Assembly: GCF_963921235.1 (NCBI RefSeq)
Contig: NC_086097.1
Location: forward strand, 123,940,001 to 124,000,000
Reading direction: 5' to 3'
DNA: 60,000 nucleotides
Source: Mobula hypostoma
Taxonomy: Eukaryota
Numbering within the stretch: the first letter of the stretch is position 1; every line of letters starts with the position of its first letter. Below the pieces are notes generated by a model, which saw only the letters and a program-made list of their open reading frames with translations, ran no database searches and was not told the DNA's origin. The translations under genes and the position numbers were made by a program. Shown piece by piece: positions 1 to 13,278 of this stretch.

Positions 1-49
1 CAGTTAAAACTAAAACTTTTTTTTAAAAAATCACTTGCAATAAGGGATG

Positions 50-125
50 ATAATGGCATGACTGAATGGCGGAGCAGACTCAATGGGCCGAATGGCCTAC
101 TTCTGCTCCTATATCATATGGTCGT
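50..125 (+). mobile_element. CR1 LINE 3' end fragment
   Basis: gatgggccgaatggcctacttctgctcctat-type terminus, like 12510-12590. Confidence 0.8.
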
Positions 126-299
126 ATAAACACAGTGTCAGAGTTATTAATAATGGATTCTACTCAATCCACTTTGAATGTTTTTCATTGTTATACTTAC
201 CAGAATAATATCACAGAGACACAAGAGGAAATGCAAATGCTAGAAGCTGCTCGAGCACCTTTGTTCCATCCATCACGGCGACCAGGATTCCCTGGTGGT

Positions 300-746
300 C
301 TGATTCCACAGACAAATGCACTGCAAAAGGCTTGGCAGAAGATGTACTCCCTGCGGCAGCTGGTAAAATTCTATCTTCCCCAGAACATATTAGTGCAATT
401 CTGCACTGCCATCATAGACAGCAATTTAAAATTAAGCCATTACTGTCTGGTTCGGAGCAGCATCCTCTCATAATGTATAAAACCTACAATGAACTGTGAG
501 AACAACTGTCTACCATCACTGCAGGACTTGTATGTGTCCAGGACAAGGAAATGGGCAGGAAAAATCACCCACCTTGCAAACAACCTTTTAAAAAGCTTCC
601 TTCTGAAAAGTGCTATGGGGCTTTTAAAACAAAAACTTTACTCTATCTTAAAAGTTTCTTCCCCCAGGCAGTTAATCTGATCAACCATTCTACTCCCCTC
701 TATCTATTACCTCAGTAACTGCACTGTAAACAGCTTAAATCAACAT
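300..746 (+). mobile_element. Rex1/Babar-like LINE 3' fragment; resumes at about 3393-3575
   Basis: KAWQKMYSLRQLVKFYLPQNILVQFCTAII thumb motif; its 3' UTR is contiguous in the copy at 41240-41540. Confidence 0.7.
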
Positions 747-2520
747 TGAAAGTAAATTTATTATCGAAGTACATATATGTCACCACATACAACACTGAAA
801 GTCATTTTCTTGTGGGCATACCCAATAAATCCATAGAAAAATAACCATAATGAATGATTGCACCAACACGGTGTTTAACCGGTGTGCGAAAGACGATGAA
901 CTGTGCAAATATAAAAAGGAAAATAATAATAATAAATAAATAAGCAATAAATATCAAGAACCTGAGATGAAGAGTCCTTGAAAGAGAGTCCATTGGTTGT
1001 GGTAACATTTCAATGATGGGGCAAGTAAAGTTGAGAGAAGTTATCACCTTTGGCTGAGTAGTAACTGTTCCTGAGCCTGGTGGTGTGAGTCATAAAGCTC
1101 CTGTACATCCTCCCTGATGGCAGCAGTGAGAAGAGAGCAAGTCCTGGTTGGTGAGGATCCCTACTGATGGATGCTGCTTTCCTGTGACAGTATTTCATAA
1201 AGATGTGCTCAGTGATGGGGTGGAGTTACCCGTGATGGACTGGGCCATATCCACTACTTTTTGTAGGATTCTCCATTCAAGGGCATCGGTGTTGTCATAA
1301 CAGGTTGTGATGCAGCCAGTCTATGCACTCTCCAGTACACACCTATGGAAGTCTGTCCAAGTTTTCAATGTCATGCTAAATCTTCACAAACTCCTAAGAA
1401 AGTAGAGGTCCTCCTGTGTTTTCTTTGTAATTGCACTTGCGTGCCTGGGCCCAAGACAGGTCCTCTGAAATTAAAACACCAAGGAATTTAATATTGCTGA
1501 CCCTCTCCATCTCTGATCCTCCAATGAGGACTGGCTCATCGACCGCTGGTTTCCTACTCCTGAAGTCAATAATCAGCTCTTGGTCTTGCTGACACTGAGT
1601 AAGAGGTTGCTGTTGTGACACCACTCAGCCGGATTTTCAACCTCCCTCCTATATGTTGATTCATCACCACCTTTGATTCAGCCTATGACAGGTGGTGTCA
1701 TCGACAAACTTGAATATGGCATTGAAGCTGTGCTTAGCCTCACAACCATAAGTGCAAAGCAAGTAGAGCAGGGGGCTAGGCACACAGCCTTGTGGTACAC
1801 CCAGGCAGAGGGAGATCCTGGAGGAGATGTTGCCAATCTGAACTGACTGGGATCTGCAAGTGAGGCAATCAATGATCCAATTGCACAAGGAAGGATTGAG
1901 GCCAAGATCTAGGAACTTATTGATTAGTTTTAAGGGGATGATGGTATTAAACGCTGAGCTGTAATCGATAAAAAGCATCCTGATGTATGCATCTTTGCTG
2001 TCCAGATATTTCAGGGTGGAGTGAAGAGCCAGTGAGTTGGCATCTGCTGAGGATCTATTTCTCTGGTGAGCAAATTGGAGTCGATCCAAGTCACTTCTTG
2101 GGAAGGAATTGATGTTTCATCACCAACGTCTCGAAACACTTTGTCACTGTGGATGTAAGTGCTACTGATGATAGTCACTGAGGCAGATCACCACGTTTTT
2201 TATTGGGGCTGGTATAATTGAAGCCTTCTTGAAGTAGGTGGGTTCCTCAGACTGCCAAAGTGAGAGGTTAAAGATCTCAGTGAACACAGCAGACATTTGA
2301 ACGGCACAGGTTTTTAATACCTGGCCACGTAGCCCGTCTGGGCCGGCTGCTTTTCATGGGCTCGTCCTCCCGAAGGCTGCTCGCAGACCGAAATCACAGG
2401 ATCCTCTGGGGCTGTGGGCTCGCACGTCAGCCTCGGAGACCGAAATCACAGGATCCTCTGGGGCTGTGGGAGTCCGTGATGGTTCCTCCACGTTTGACAT
2501 CCAAAACGAGCATAGAAGGC
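747..2520 (-). mobile_element. Rex1/Babar LINE, 5' truncated and decayed
   Basis: RT motifs LQFAH...[17 protein letters not shown]...GVPQGCV...FVDDTT (1664-2089) plus family 3' UTR. Confidence 0.9.
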
Positions 2521-2539
2521 AGTGTGCGAACACTTCAGT

Positions 2540-3385
2540 GACAGGCCGAGTGAAGTTCAAGAGCCTGGTGGTTGAAGTGTAACCTGGTGGTATGGGTCCC
2601 GAGGCTCCTGTACCCTATTTCTGATGGCAGCAGCAAGAAGAGAGCATGACCTGGACGGTGGGGGTCTTGATGAATGGATGCCGCTTTCCTGTGACATCAC
2701 TCCAAGTAGATGTACTCAGTGGTGTGGGCAGCTTTACCCATGATGAAATGGGCTGTATCCACTAATTTTTGTAGGCTTTTCCATTCAAGGGCGTTAGTGT
2801 TTCCATTTCAGGCTGTGATGCAACCAGTCAGTATACTCTCTGCACATCTATAGAAGTGTCAAAGCTTTAGATGAGATGCTGAATCTTTGCAAACTTCTAA
2901 GGAAGTAGAAGTGCTGCCGTGCTTTTTTCATGTTGGCACTTACGCGCTGGACCCAAGACAAATCCTCTGAAATGATAACGCCAAGGTAAAGTCACTGACC
3001 CTCTCCACTTCTGATCACCTGATGAGGACTGGATCATCGACCTCCAGTTTCCTCGTCCTTGGTCTTGTTGACATTGAGCAAGAGGTTGTTGCTATGGAAC
3101 CACTCCACCAGATTTTTGATCTCCCTCCTCTATGCTGATTCATCACCAACTTTGATTTGGCCAACGACAGTGGTATCGTCAGCAATCTTCAATATGGCAT
3201 TGGAGCTTAGCCACACAGTCATAAGTGTAAAATGAGCAGAGCAGGGGGCTAAGCACACAGCCTTGTGGTGGATCTGTGTTGATGGAGGTTGTGGAGGAGA
3301 TGCTGTTGCCAATCTGATCTGACTAGGGTCTGCAACTGAGGAAATCGAGGATCCAGTTGCACAAGGAGGTGTTGAGACCATGGTC
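2540..3385 (-). mobile_element. Second Rex1/Babar LINE fragment
   Basis: Parallels 1050-1910; KIADDTTVVG RT motif. Confidence 0.85.
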
Positions 3386-3574
3386 TTGAAGCTTTTTATA
3401 ATGCTGTTTACATTGTAAATACATGCTGGTATTTATGTACTTATGCACATTTTTCCATATCTGTACTTCCAACTTTCATATAATTCTTTATTCTTTATAA
3501 TTATTGCATGTCGCAGCAATATACCCCTCCAATTCCAAATATATGTAAATGTATATGGCAAATAATGTTAATCC

Positions 3575-4370
3575 TTGGTCCTTAATTCCACTTCCCATTA
3601 CCACACTGATGTATCTGTCCATGACCTCCTCTACTGCCAAGTGGAGGAACAACACTTCATATTAGAAACAAAGAAACATAGAAAACATACAGCACAATAC
3701 AGGCCCTTAGGCCCACAAAGCTGTGCCGAACATGTCCCTACCTTAGAACTACCTAGGCTTTACCCATAGCCCTCTATTTTTCTAAGCTCCATGTAGCCAT
3801 CCAGGAGTCTCTTAAAAGACCCTATCGTTTCTGCCACCACCGCCGCCACCAGCAGCCCATTCTGTCTTGGCAGTCTCTAAACTGATGACAACAACTCTGA
3901 TTTCCCTAAGCTCTGGTAAGCATTCTCCTCTGCGCCCCAAAAACTGTTTGTTTCCCCTATCCCTCTGGCTCCTTTACTCTTTCCCCTCCCTTGCCTTCCC
4001 GATCTGCCCTTCATCCACACCTTTCCTCTGGTTCCCCACCACCTTCCGTTCATTAAATGGTCCACTCTCTGCTCCCATCAGATTCCCATCCTGTTCTGCT
4101 CTTTTCCTCTTCTGCCTACCATCTGCCAGCTTCCCACATCATTCCCACGTTCCCCCCTCCCATCTACCTACCTTCCTCCCCTCAGCTGGGTTTACCAATC
4201 ACCTACCAGCTCGCATTCCTCCCCCTTCTCCCAATTCTTTCATTCTGGCTTCTGCTCTCTTTCTTTCCAGTCCTGATAAAGGGTCTTGACCTGAAATATC
4301 AATTGTTAATTTCCCTGCATAGATGCTGCCTGACTTGCTGAGTTCCTCCAGCATTTTGTGTGTGTTGGTT
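3575..4370 (+). mobile_element. Penelope-like element 3' part, with a minus-strand CR1 tail nested at about 3664-3862
   Basis: GIY-YIG C-terminal remnant (SVHDLLYCQVEEQHFI), CT-rich 3' region, degenerate hammerhead at 4268-4305. Confidence 0.8.
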
Positions 4371-4404
4371 CGAATAAGAACAATCAATTTCTTAGCAACT
4401 GATG

Positions 4405-4745
4405 ACTTCAGAATACTGGAGGAACTCAGAAGGTCAAATAGCATCTGTGGCGAGGAATAAACAGTCAACGTTTTGGACCGAGACCCTTCATCAGGACTGG
4501 AAAGGAAGGGGGAAGAAGCCAGAATAAGAAGGTGAGGGGAGGCGAAGGAGTTCAAGCTGGCAGGTGATAGGTGAGAGCAGGTGAAGGGGAAGGTAGCAGC
4601 TGGGAGGCGATAGGTGCAAGAGGTAAAGGACTTGAGAAGAAGGAAACTGATAGGAGAGGAGAGTGAACCATGGGAGAAAGGGAGGGAAGAGGGCAATCAA
4701 AAGGAGGTGATGGATCAATGAGGATAAGAGAAGGGAAGAGCAGAT
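4405..4745 (-). mobile_element. Penelope-like terminal repeat fragment
   Basis: Reverse complement of cagtcctgatgaagggtctcggtccaaaacgttgactg at 4462-4499. Confidence 0.8.
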
Positions 4746-4827
4746 GATGACTTTTGGAGATTTGCATTGCTGTAAATCCAATAAGATGATACTTCATTTG
4801 ACACTATCGGCCTGTCAAAAGTATATT

Positions 4828-7800
4828 ATAGAAACATGGAAAACCTACAACACAATACAGGCCCTACGGCCCACAAAGCTGTGCTGAACATCTCCTTACC
4901 TGAGAAATTACCTTGGGTTACCCAGAGCCCTCTATTTTCTGAGCTCCAAATACCTGTCCAGGAGTCTCTTAAAAGACCCTATTGTATCTGCCTCCACCAC
5001 CGTTGCTAGCAGCCCATTCCACTCACTCACCACTCTCTGCGTAAAAAAACTTACCCCTGACATTTCCTCTGTACTTACTTCCAAGCACCTTAAAACTGTG
5101 TCCACTCATTTCAGCCCTCGGACAAAGCCTCTCACTATCCACACAATCCATGCCTCTCATCATCAATTCTCCCGGGAGGGGGGAGAAGATGGCGGCGTGA
5201 CGACAGCGCGTGCGGCCACTTCAGTGATGAATATCTGTTATCTGTCAAGTAGGGGACCGTGCACAATTCTGATTTGATGGAGACAGACGTGAGAGCACAA
5301 AGGAACATCTGGAAAACTTCTGAAATGCCCGCTTTGCTGCTGCTGCTACTGTGTGGTAACCGGAATCTCCGGAGCTGGAGGCCCTGAAATCCTCGGCTTT
5401 GCGTGTTTCAGCAGCTGGGGGGAGGTCGAAGGCGCTCAGCAGAGGATGGCGCTCGGGAGGCTGTATCGGAAGCTCAAAGTTTTCGGACGGATGGACTCAG
5501 TGTCGGCTGGGGTCGGCTGCTTCCAAGGTATCGGCAAGTTGACGATGCCTGGAGGTTTATGGCAGGGAGTTTCTCCCTTTTGCCGCCTGCTACCGGGGAC
5601 TTGGGACATGGGAGTCAATCAACTCGAGACTCTGAGACTTTTTTTTACCATGCCCATGGTCTGTTCTTTATCAAATTATGGTATTGCTTTGCACTGCTGT
5701 AACTATATGTTATAATTATGTGGTTCTGTCAGTGATAATCTTTGGTCTGTCCTGTTTTCTGTGATATCACTCCAGAGAAACATTGTATCATTTCTTAATG
5801 CATGTATGCATTTCTAAATGACAATAAAAGAGGACCGAGTGTTCTCATAACCTAATCTAATCTTATACACCTCTATCAGGTCACTTTTCATCCTTCGTCG
5901 CTCCAAGGAAAAAAGGCCGAGTTCACTCAACCTATTCTCATATGGCATGCTTCCCAATCCAGGCAACATCCTTGTAAATCTCCCCTGCACCCTTTCTATG
6001 GTTTCCACATCCTTCCTATAGTGAGGTGACCAGAAATTAGCACAGTACTCCAAGTGGGGTCTGACCAGGGTCCTATATAGCTGCAACATTACCTCTCGGC
6101 TCCTAAATTCAATCCCATGATTGATGAAGGCCAATACACCGTACGCCTTCTTAACCACAGAGTCAACCTGCGCAGCAGCTTTGGGTGTCCTATGGACTCA
6201 GACCCTAAGATCCCTCTGATCCTCCACACTGCCAAGAGTCTTACCATTAATACTATATTCTGCCATCATATTTGAACTACCAGAATGAACCACCTCACAC
6301 CTATCTGGATTGAACTCCACCTGCCACTTCTCAGCCCAGTTTTGCATCCTATCAATGTCCCGCTGTAACCTCTGACAGTCCTTCACACTATCCACAACAC
6401 CCCCAACCTTTGTGTTATCAGCAAATTTACTAACCCATCCCTCCACTTCCTCATCCAGGTCATTTATAAAAATCACAGAGAGTAGGGGTCCCAGAACAGA
6501 TCCCTGAGACACACCACTGGTGACTGACCTCCATGCAGAATATGACCCGTCTACAACCACTCTTTGCCTTCTGTGGGCAAGCCAGTTCTGGATTCACAAA
6601 GCAATGTCCCCTCGGATCCCATGCCTCCTTACTTTCTCAATAAGCCTTGCATGGGGTACCTTGTCAAATGCCTTGCTGAAATCCATAAACACTACACCTA
6701 CAGCTCTTCCTTCATCAATATGTTTAGTGACATCCTCAAAAAATTCAATCAGGCTCATAAGGCATGACCTGCCTTTGACAAAGCCATGCTGACTATTCCT
6801 AATCATAATATGCCTCTCCAAATGTTCATAAATCCTGCCTCTCAGGATCTTCTCCATCAACTTACCGACCACTGAAGTAAGACTCACTGGTCTATAATTT
6901 CCTGGGCTATCTCTACTCCCTGTTATTGAATAAGGGAACAATATCCGCAACCCTCCAATCCTCCGGAACTTCTCCCATCCCCATTGATGATGCAAAGATC
7001 ATCGCCAGAGGCTCAGCAATCTCCTCCCTCGCCTCCCAGAGTAGACTGGGGTACACCTCGTCCTGTCCCGGTGACTTATACAACTTGATGCTTTCCTGCA
7101 CATCCTCTTCCTTAATATCTACATGCTTAATCTTTTCAGTCCACTGCAAGTCATCACTACAATCACCAAGATCCTTTTCCATAGTGAATACTGGAGCAAA
7201 GTATTCATTAAGTACCTCTGCTATCTCCTCCGGTTTCATACACACTTTTCCACTGTCACACTTGATTGGTCCTCTTCTCTCACGTCTTATCCTCTTGCTC
7301 TTCACATACTTGTAGAATGCCTTGGGATTTTCCTTAATCCTGACTGCCAAGGCCTTCTCATGGCCCCTTCTGGCTCTCCTTATTTCTTTCTTAAACTCCT
7401 TCCTGCTAACCGTATAATCTTCTAGATCTCCATCATTACCTAGATTTTTGAACCTTTCACAAGCTCTTCTTTTTTTCTTGACTAGATTTACAACAGCCTT
7501 TGTACACTGCCATTCCTGTACTCTACCATCCTTTCCCTGTCTCATTGGAACGTACCAATGTAGAACTCCACGCAAATATCCCCTGACACATTTCTTCCGT
7601 ACATTTCCCTGAGAACATCTTTTCCCAATTTATGCTTCCAAGCTCCTGCCCGATAGCCTCATATTTCCCCTTACTCCAATTAAATGCTTTCCTTACTTGT
7701 CTGTTCCAATCCCTCACCAATGCTATGATAAAGGAGATAGAGCTGTGATCACCATCTCCGAAATGCTCTCCCACTGAGAGATCTGACCCTGACCAGGTTC

Positions 7801-9000
7801 ATTTCCCAATACCAGATCAAGTACAGCCTCTCCTCTTGTAGGCGTATCTACATATTGTGTCAAGAAACCTTCTTGAACACACCTAACAAACTCCACCCCC
7901 TCGTTCTAGGGACATGCCAATCGATATCTGGGAAATTAAAATCTCCCACCAAGACAACCCTGTTATTATTACACCTTTCCAGAATCTGTCTCCCTATCTG
8001 CTCCTCCTGTCCCTGTTACTATTGGATGGTCTATAAAAAATACCCAGTTGAGTTATTGAACCCTTCCTGCTTTAACTTCCACCCACAAAGACTCCGTAGA
8101 CAATCCCTCCATGTCTTCCTCCTTTTCTGCTGCCGTGACACTATCTCAGATCAACAGTACCGCGCCCCCACCCTGTCCTTTCTGAAACATCTAAAGCCTG
8201 GCTCTCGAAGTAACCATTCCTGCCCCTGAGGCATCCAAGTCTCTGTAATGGCCACAACATCATAGCTCCAAGTACTGATCCATGCTCTATGCTCATCTGC
8301 TTTGTTCATAATACTCCTCGCATTAAAATAGACACATCTCAAATCATCGGTCTGAGCGTGTCCCTTCTCTATCACCTGCCTATCCTCCCTGTCACACTGT
8401 CTCCAAGTTTTCTCTATTTGTGAGCCAAGCGCCTCTTCCTCCGTCTCTTCAGTTTGGTTCCCAACCCTCAGCAATCCTAGTTTAAACTCTCCCCAACAGT
8501 CTTAGCAAACCTCTCCACCAGGATATTGGTCACCCCTGGGATTCAAGTGCATCCCATCCTTTTTGTACAGGCCACTCCTGCCCCAAAAGAGGTCCCAATG
8601 ATCCAAAAATCTGAATCCCTACCCCCTGCTCCAAACCCTCAACCACACATTTATCCTCCACCTCATACTATTCCTATACTCACTGTCGCATGGCCCTGCT
8701 GCTCAACTTCCTTCCTAACTCCTTGTAGTCTGCTTTCAGGACCTCCTCCCTTTTCCTACCTATGTCGTTGGTACCAATATGTACCACAACCTCTGGCTGT
8801 TCTCCTTCCCACTTCAGGATATCATGGACGTAATCAGAAACATCCCGGACCCTGGCACCTGGGAGGCAAACTACCATCCGTGCTTCTCTCCTGCGTCCAC
8901 AGAATCACCTGTCTGACCCCCTAACGATAGAGTCCCCTATCACTGCTGCCGTCCTCTACCTTTCCCTGCCCTTCTGAGTCACAGGGCCAGGCCCTGTGCC
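4828..9000 (-). mobile_element. Near full-length decayed CR1 LINE (ORF1 SGNH esterase, APE endonuclease, RT); interrupted at 5166-5857
   Basis: ORF1 CLPGARV...HIGTNDIG (8680-8877); EN YFNARSI...VAITETW; RT YRPVSLTS, DFSKAFDKV, KFADNTK; RPHLEYC. Confidence 0.95.
5166..5860 (+). mobile_element. Non-autonomous ORF-less retroposon with GC-rich 5' end and (AATCT)n tail
   Basis: Splits the CR1 cleanly; aagatggcggc at 5186-5196; AATAAA at 5823; ctaatctaatct tail. Confidence 0.65.
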
Positions 9001-9218
9001 AGAGTTACACAAAGAAAGAAACTGCCCACTAACACTTCTCACAAGGCAACCTGCCACTAGGTCAGTAAACAAACAGAGCAGAACATTAATGGCAAAGTCC
9101 TGGGAGCTGGGAGCAATGGAGTTCATTTGGAATCTTCATGAGACAATGGATGAATATAGGACCAGGAAGTTTTGGGATTTCAGAGCCTGCTGGTTAAAGC
9201 ACAGCAGAGATCTTTCCA

Positions 9219-9305
9219 TAAAAATTGCTGGTGGACGCAGCAGGCCAGGCAGTGCTTTATGTGTGTTGCTTGAAATTCCAACATCTGCAGATTTCCTCGT
9301 GTTTG
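9219..9305. mobile_element. 87-bp Penelope-derived insertion
   Basis: 13-bp TSD agagatctttcca (9206-9218, 9306-9318); both ends match the element at 32737-32935. Confidence 0.8.
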
Positions 9306-9399
9306 AGAGATCTTTCCAACTCCATGAGCAGGAATTTGCCGAGATTCCCCAGAACTTATTCTGGGATTCAGTACAAAATTTAACCTGATGTAGATTAGT

Positions 9400-9675
9400 G
9401 AGGGGGCAGAATTTTAAGATAACTGGAGGAAAGTATTGGGGTGATGTTAGTTTTTTTTTACACAGAGAGTAATGGGTGCGTAGAAGGTCCTGCTAGGGGT
9501 AGTGGTAGAGGAAGATATATTAGGAGCATTTAAGAAACTCTTAGGCACGTGGATGATAGAAAAATGGAGAACTATATAGCAGGGAAGGATTGGACTGATC
9601 TTAAAGGAGGTTAAGAGGTCAGTACAACATCGTGGGGTGGAGGGCCTACACTGTGCTGTAGTGTTCTATGTTCTA
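9400..9675 (+). mobile_element. Old CR1 3' fragment
   Basis: ttttacacagagagt...gggcctacactgtgctgtagtgttctatgttcta terminus. Confidence 0.75.
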
Positions 9676-9837
9676 CAATCTAGCCCATTGATTTGGATGC
9701 AAGTCGTAGGGCAATGGGAATAAGTTATATTTTGTTTTATCATTTGAATTTTGTTTAACTGCTTTAATTCTTTATAATAATGTATTTTTTTAAGTTAAGC
9801 AATATTTATAAGATTGTTTTAATTTTTTAAAAAAATA

Positions 9838-10020
9838 GGGCAGCAGATTACCATTGTAGTTAACTTAATGCTTTAAAGCAAGCCTCCTGCAAGATTGGGA
9901 TTCGATTCTTGCCGCTGACTGCAAGGAGTTTATACATTCTCCTCATGACTGCATGGGTTTATTCCGGGTGCTCCAGTTTCCTCCCAAAGACCTACGGGTG
10001 AGGGTTAGTGAGTTGTGGTT
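9838..10020 (+). mobile_element. V-SINE (HE1-like) fragment
   Basis: V-domain ggagttt...gggttt...ccgggtgctccagtttcctccca. Confidence 0.7.
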
Positions 10021-10639
10021 GAAATCTCTATATCAATCCAAATGGCTTTTATTACTATTAAAATGAGACTAGTTCTAGTTGAATTGCAGCGATACAGAAT
10101 AGAATTGGATCAGAGATTCAACAAAGTTGATTCAAGCTGATAATTAAAACCTAAAGCACCTGCTAATCTAGTCAAAGTTAATGCCTCACACAACATTTAC
10201 AAGACATAATATTTAGGGTTGAAGAATCAGAGCTATAATCACTGACATACGGTGTGTCGTGAAATTTGTTGTTTTGCACCAGCAATACAGTGCAAAACCG
10301 TAAAAAAAGATACTACAAATTACATATATAAAACAGTTACTTGTACATTGTGTTGTTGCTTTTATATTTATATTCATTTTGTTTTATTTTCTTCTGGATC
10401 GGATCTGGAGTAAGAATCATTTTGTTCTCCTTTACTGAAGAGTGACAATAAACAATCCTGAATCTTAATCTTTGAACAGATCAGAAAGAGGCTATAGCAA
10501 TAATGAGTGATGGCTCAGAATAGAGAGGCTGTATGTGGCCCTTTGCTGCTCTGCCTTCTTAAAGAGTCAGAAAATCAAAAGAAATATATGGCTATAAGAA
10601 ATATATAAAAAATAAAAAGAGAGCAAAAAGTGAGGTAGG

Positions 10640-12594
10640 GGTTTTAAAACCTTACAAAAGGAAACCAAGAAGGTCATTAAGAGAGAAAAGATTAACTATG
10701 AAAGGAAGCTAGCAAATAATATCAAAGAGGATACTAAAAGCTTTTTCAAGTATATAAAGAGTAAATGACAGGTAAGAGTAGATATAGGACCGATAGAAAA
10801 TGATGCTGGAGAAATTGTAATGGGAAATAAGGAGATGGCAGAGGAACTGAACGAGTATTTTGCATCAGTCTTCACTGAGGAAGACATCAGCAGTATTCCA
10901 GACACTCAAGGGTGGCAGGGAAGAGAAGTGTGTGCAGTCACAATTACAACAGAGAAAGTACTCAGGAAGCTGAATAGGCTAAAGGTAGATAAATCTCCTG
11001 GACCAGATGGAATGCAGCCTCGTGTTCTGAAGGAAGTAGCTGTGGAGTTTGCGGAGGCATTAGCGATGATCTTTCAAAAATCGATAGATTCTGGCATGGT
11101 TCCGGAAGACTGGAAGATTGCAAATCTCACTCCGCTATTTAAGAAGGGGGCAAGGAAGCAAAAAGGAAATTATAGACCTGTTAGCTTGACATCGGTGGTT
11201 GGGAAGTTGTTAGAGTCGATTGTCAAGGATGAGGTTACAGAGTACCTGGAGGCATATGACAAGATAGGCAGAACTCAGCATGGATTCCTTAAAGGAAAAT
11301 CCTGCCTGACAAACCTATTACAATTTTTTGAGGAAATTACCAGTAGGCTAGACAAGGGAGATGCAGCGGATGTTGTATATTTGGATTTTCAGAAGGCCTT
11401 TGACAAGGTGCCACACATGAGGCTACTTAACAAGATAAGAGCCCATGGAATTACGGGAAAGTTACATACATGGATAGAGCATTGGCTGATTGGCAGGAAA
11501 CAGAGAGTGGGAATAAAGGGATCCTATTCTGGTTGGCTGCCGGTTACCAGTGGTGTTCCACAGGGATCAGTGTTGGGGCTGCTTCTTTTTACATTGTACA
11601 TCAACGATTTGGATTATGGAATAGATGGCTTTGTGGCTAAGTTTGCTGACAATACGAAGGTAGGTAGAGGGGCCGGTAGTGCTGAGGAAATGGAGAGTCT
11701 GCAGAGAGACTTGGATAGATTGGAATAATGGGCAGAGAAGTGGCAAATGAAGTACAATGTTGGAAAGTGTATGGTTATGCACTTCGGCAGAAAAAATAAA
11801 CGGGCAGACTATTATTTAAATGGGGAAAGAATTCAAAGTTCTGAGATGCAACTGGACTTGGGAGTCCTCGTACAGGATACCCTTAAAGTTAACCTCCAGG
11901 TTGAGTCAGTAGTGAAGAAGGCGAATGCAATGTTGGCATTCATTTCTAGAGGAATAGAGTATAGGAGCAGGGATGTGATGTTGAGGCTTTATAAGGCACT
12001 GGTGAGACCTCACTTGGAGTACTGTGGGCAGTTTTGGTCTCCTTATTTAAGAAAGGATGTGCTGACGTTGGAGAGGGTACAGAGAAGATTCACTAGAATG
12101 ATTCCGGGAATGAGAGGGTTAACTTATGAGGAACGTTTGTCCGCTCTTGGACTGTATTCCTTGGAGTTTAGAAGGATGAGGGGAGACCTCATAGAAACAT
12201 TTCGAATGTTAAAAGGCATGGACAGAGTGGATGTGGTAAAGTTGTTTCCCATGATGGGGGAGTCTAGTACGAGAGGGCATGACTTAAGGATTGAAGGGCG
12301 CCCATTCAGAACAGAAATGCAAAGAAATTTTTTTAGTCAGAGGGTGGTGAACCTATGGAATTTGTTACCACGGGCAGCACTGGAGGCCAAGGCATTGGGT
12401 GTATTTAAGGCAGAGATTGATAGGTATCTGAGTAGCCAGGGCATCAAAGGTTATGGTGGGAAGGCGGGGGAGTGGGACTAAATAGGAGAAAATGGATCAG
12501 CTCACAATAAAATGGCGGAGCAGACTCGATGGGCCGAATGGCCTACTTCTGTTCCTTTGTCTTATGGTTTTATGGTCTTATGGTCTTATGGTCC
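10640..12594 (+). mobile_element. Young 5'-truncated CR1 LINE (RT domain nearly intact)
   Basis: ORFs 10820-11728 and 11747-12481 are in one frame, separated by a single stop; (cttatggt)n tail. Confidence 0.97.
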
Positions 12595-12624
12595 ATCCAG
12601 AATTACATCACATGCAATGTACAC

Positions 12625-13100
12625 GCATTAGATACACCAGCTAATTAATGCAAATATCTAATCAGCCAATCACACAGCAGCAACTCAATGGATAAAAGCA
12701 TGCAGACATGGGCAAAAGGTTCAGTTGTTGTTCAGATCAAACATCAGAATGGGGGGAAAATGGGATCTAAGTGACCGTGGAATGACTTGGTGTCAGACGG
12801 GGTGGTGAACTGCTGATCTCCTGGGATTTTCACACACAACAGTCTCTAGAGTTTACAGAGAATGGTGTGAGAAACAAAAAATGTCCAGTGAGTGACAGAA
12901 CTGGGGGCAAAAACAACATGTTAATCAGAGAGGTCAGAGGAGAATGGCCAGACTGGTTCAAGCTGACAGGAAGCTGGCAGCAACAGATGTGCTGAAGAGC
13001 ATCTCTGAAAGCACAACACGTCAACAGAAGCCCACACTGGGTTGCATTCCTGTGTCCACTTCATTAGGTACACTCAACCAAATAAAGTAGCCACTGAGCA
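12625..13100 (+). mobile_element. Tc1-like non-autonomous element
   Basis: Same family as 14335-14885 and 57526-58059; right terminus taaagtagccactgag. Confidence 0.8.
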
Positions 13101-13278
13101 TCTAAAAACAATATCTAAACTGTGTAAAAGGAGAGCAAAAAGTGTTCATGGTCCATTCAGAATTAAATCATATGCAATGTTATTCAGAGTTTTCCAAAGT
13201 AAACAGGAAAATGTTTGTCTCCACTTTCAAGCAAAAAAAACAAAACGATCTCATTAGTGAAATGAATCATGGACAAAC

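Noticed and set aside
201..241. ILFW|gtaagt resembling the end of the next RGS22 exon (PLLLYW)
   Set aside because: Upstream sequence is transposon-derived with no RGS22 similarity; the true exon probably lies beyond the window
3867..4797. Overlapping Pro/Ser/Leu-rich ORFs; similar at 17943-18464, 23046-23466 and 51917-52439
   Set aside because: Spurious frames through pyrimidine-rich Penelope terminal repeats
10820..12481. Active or domesticated reverse transcriptase gene
   Set aside because: 5' truncated, lacks the endonuclease, has an internal stop at 11726-11728 and FADN instead of FADD
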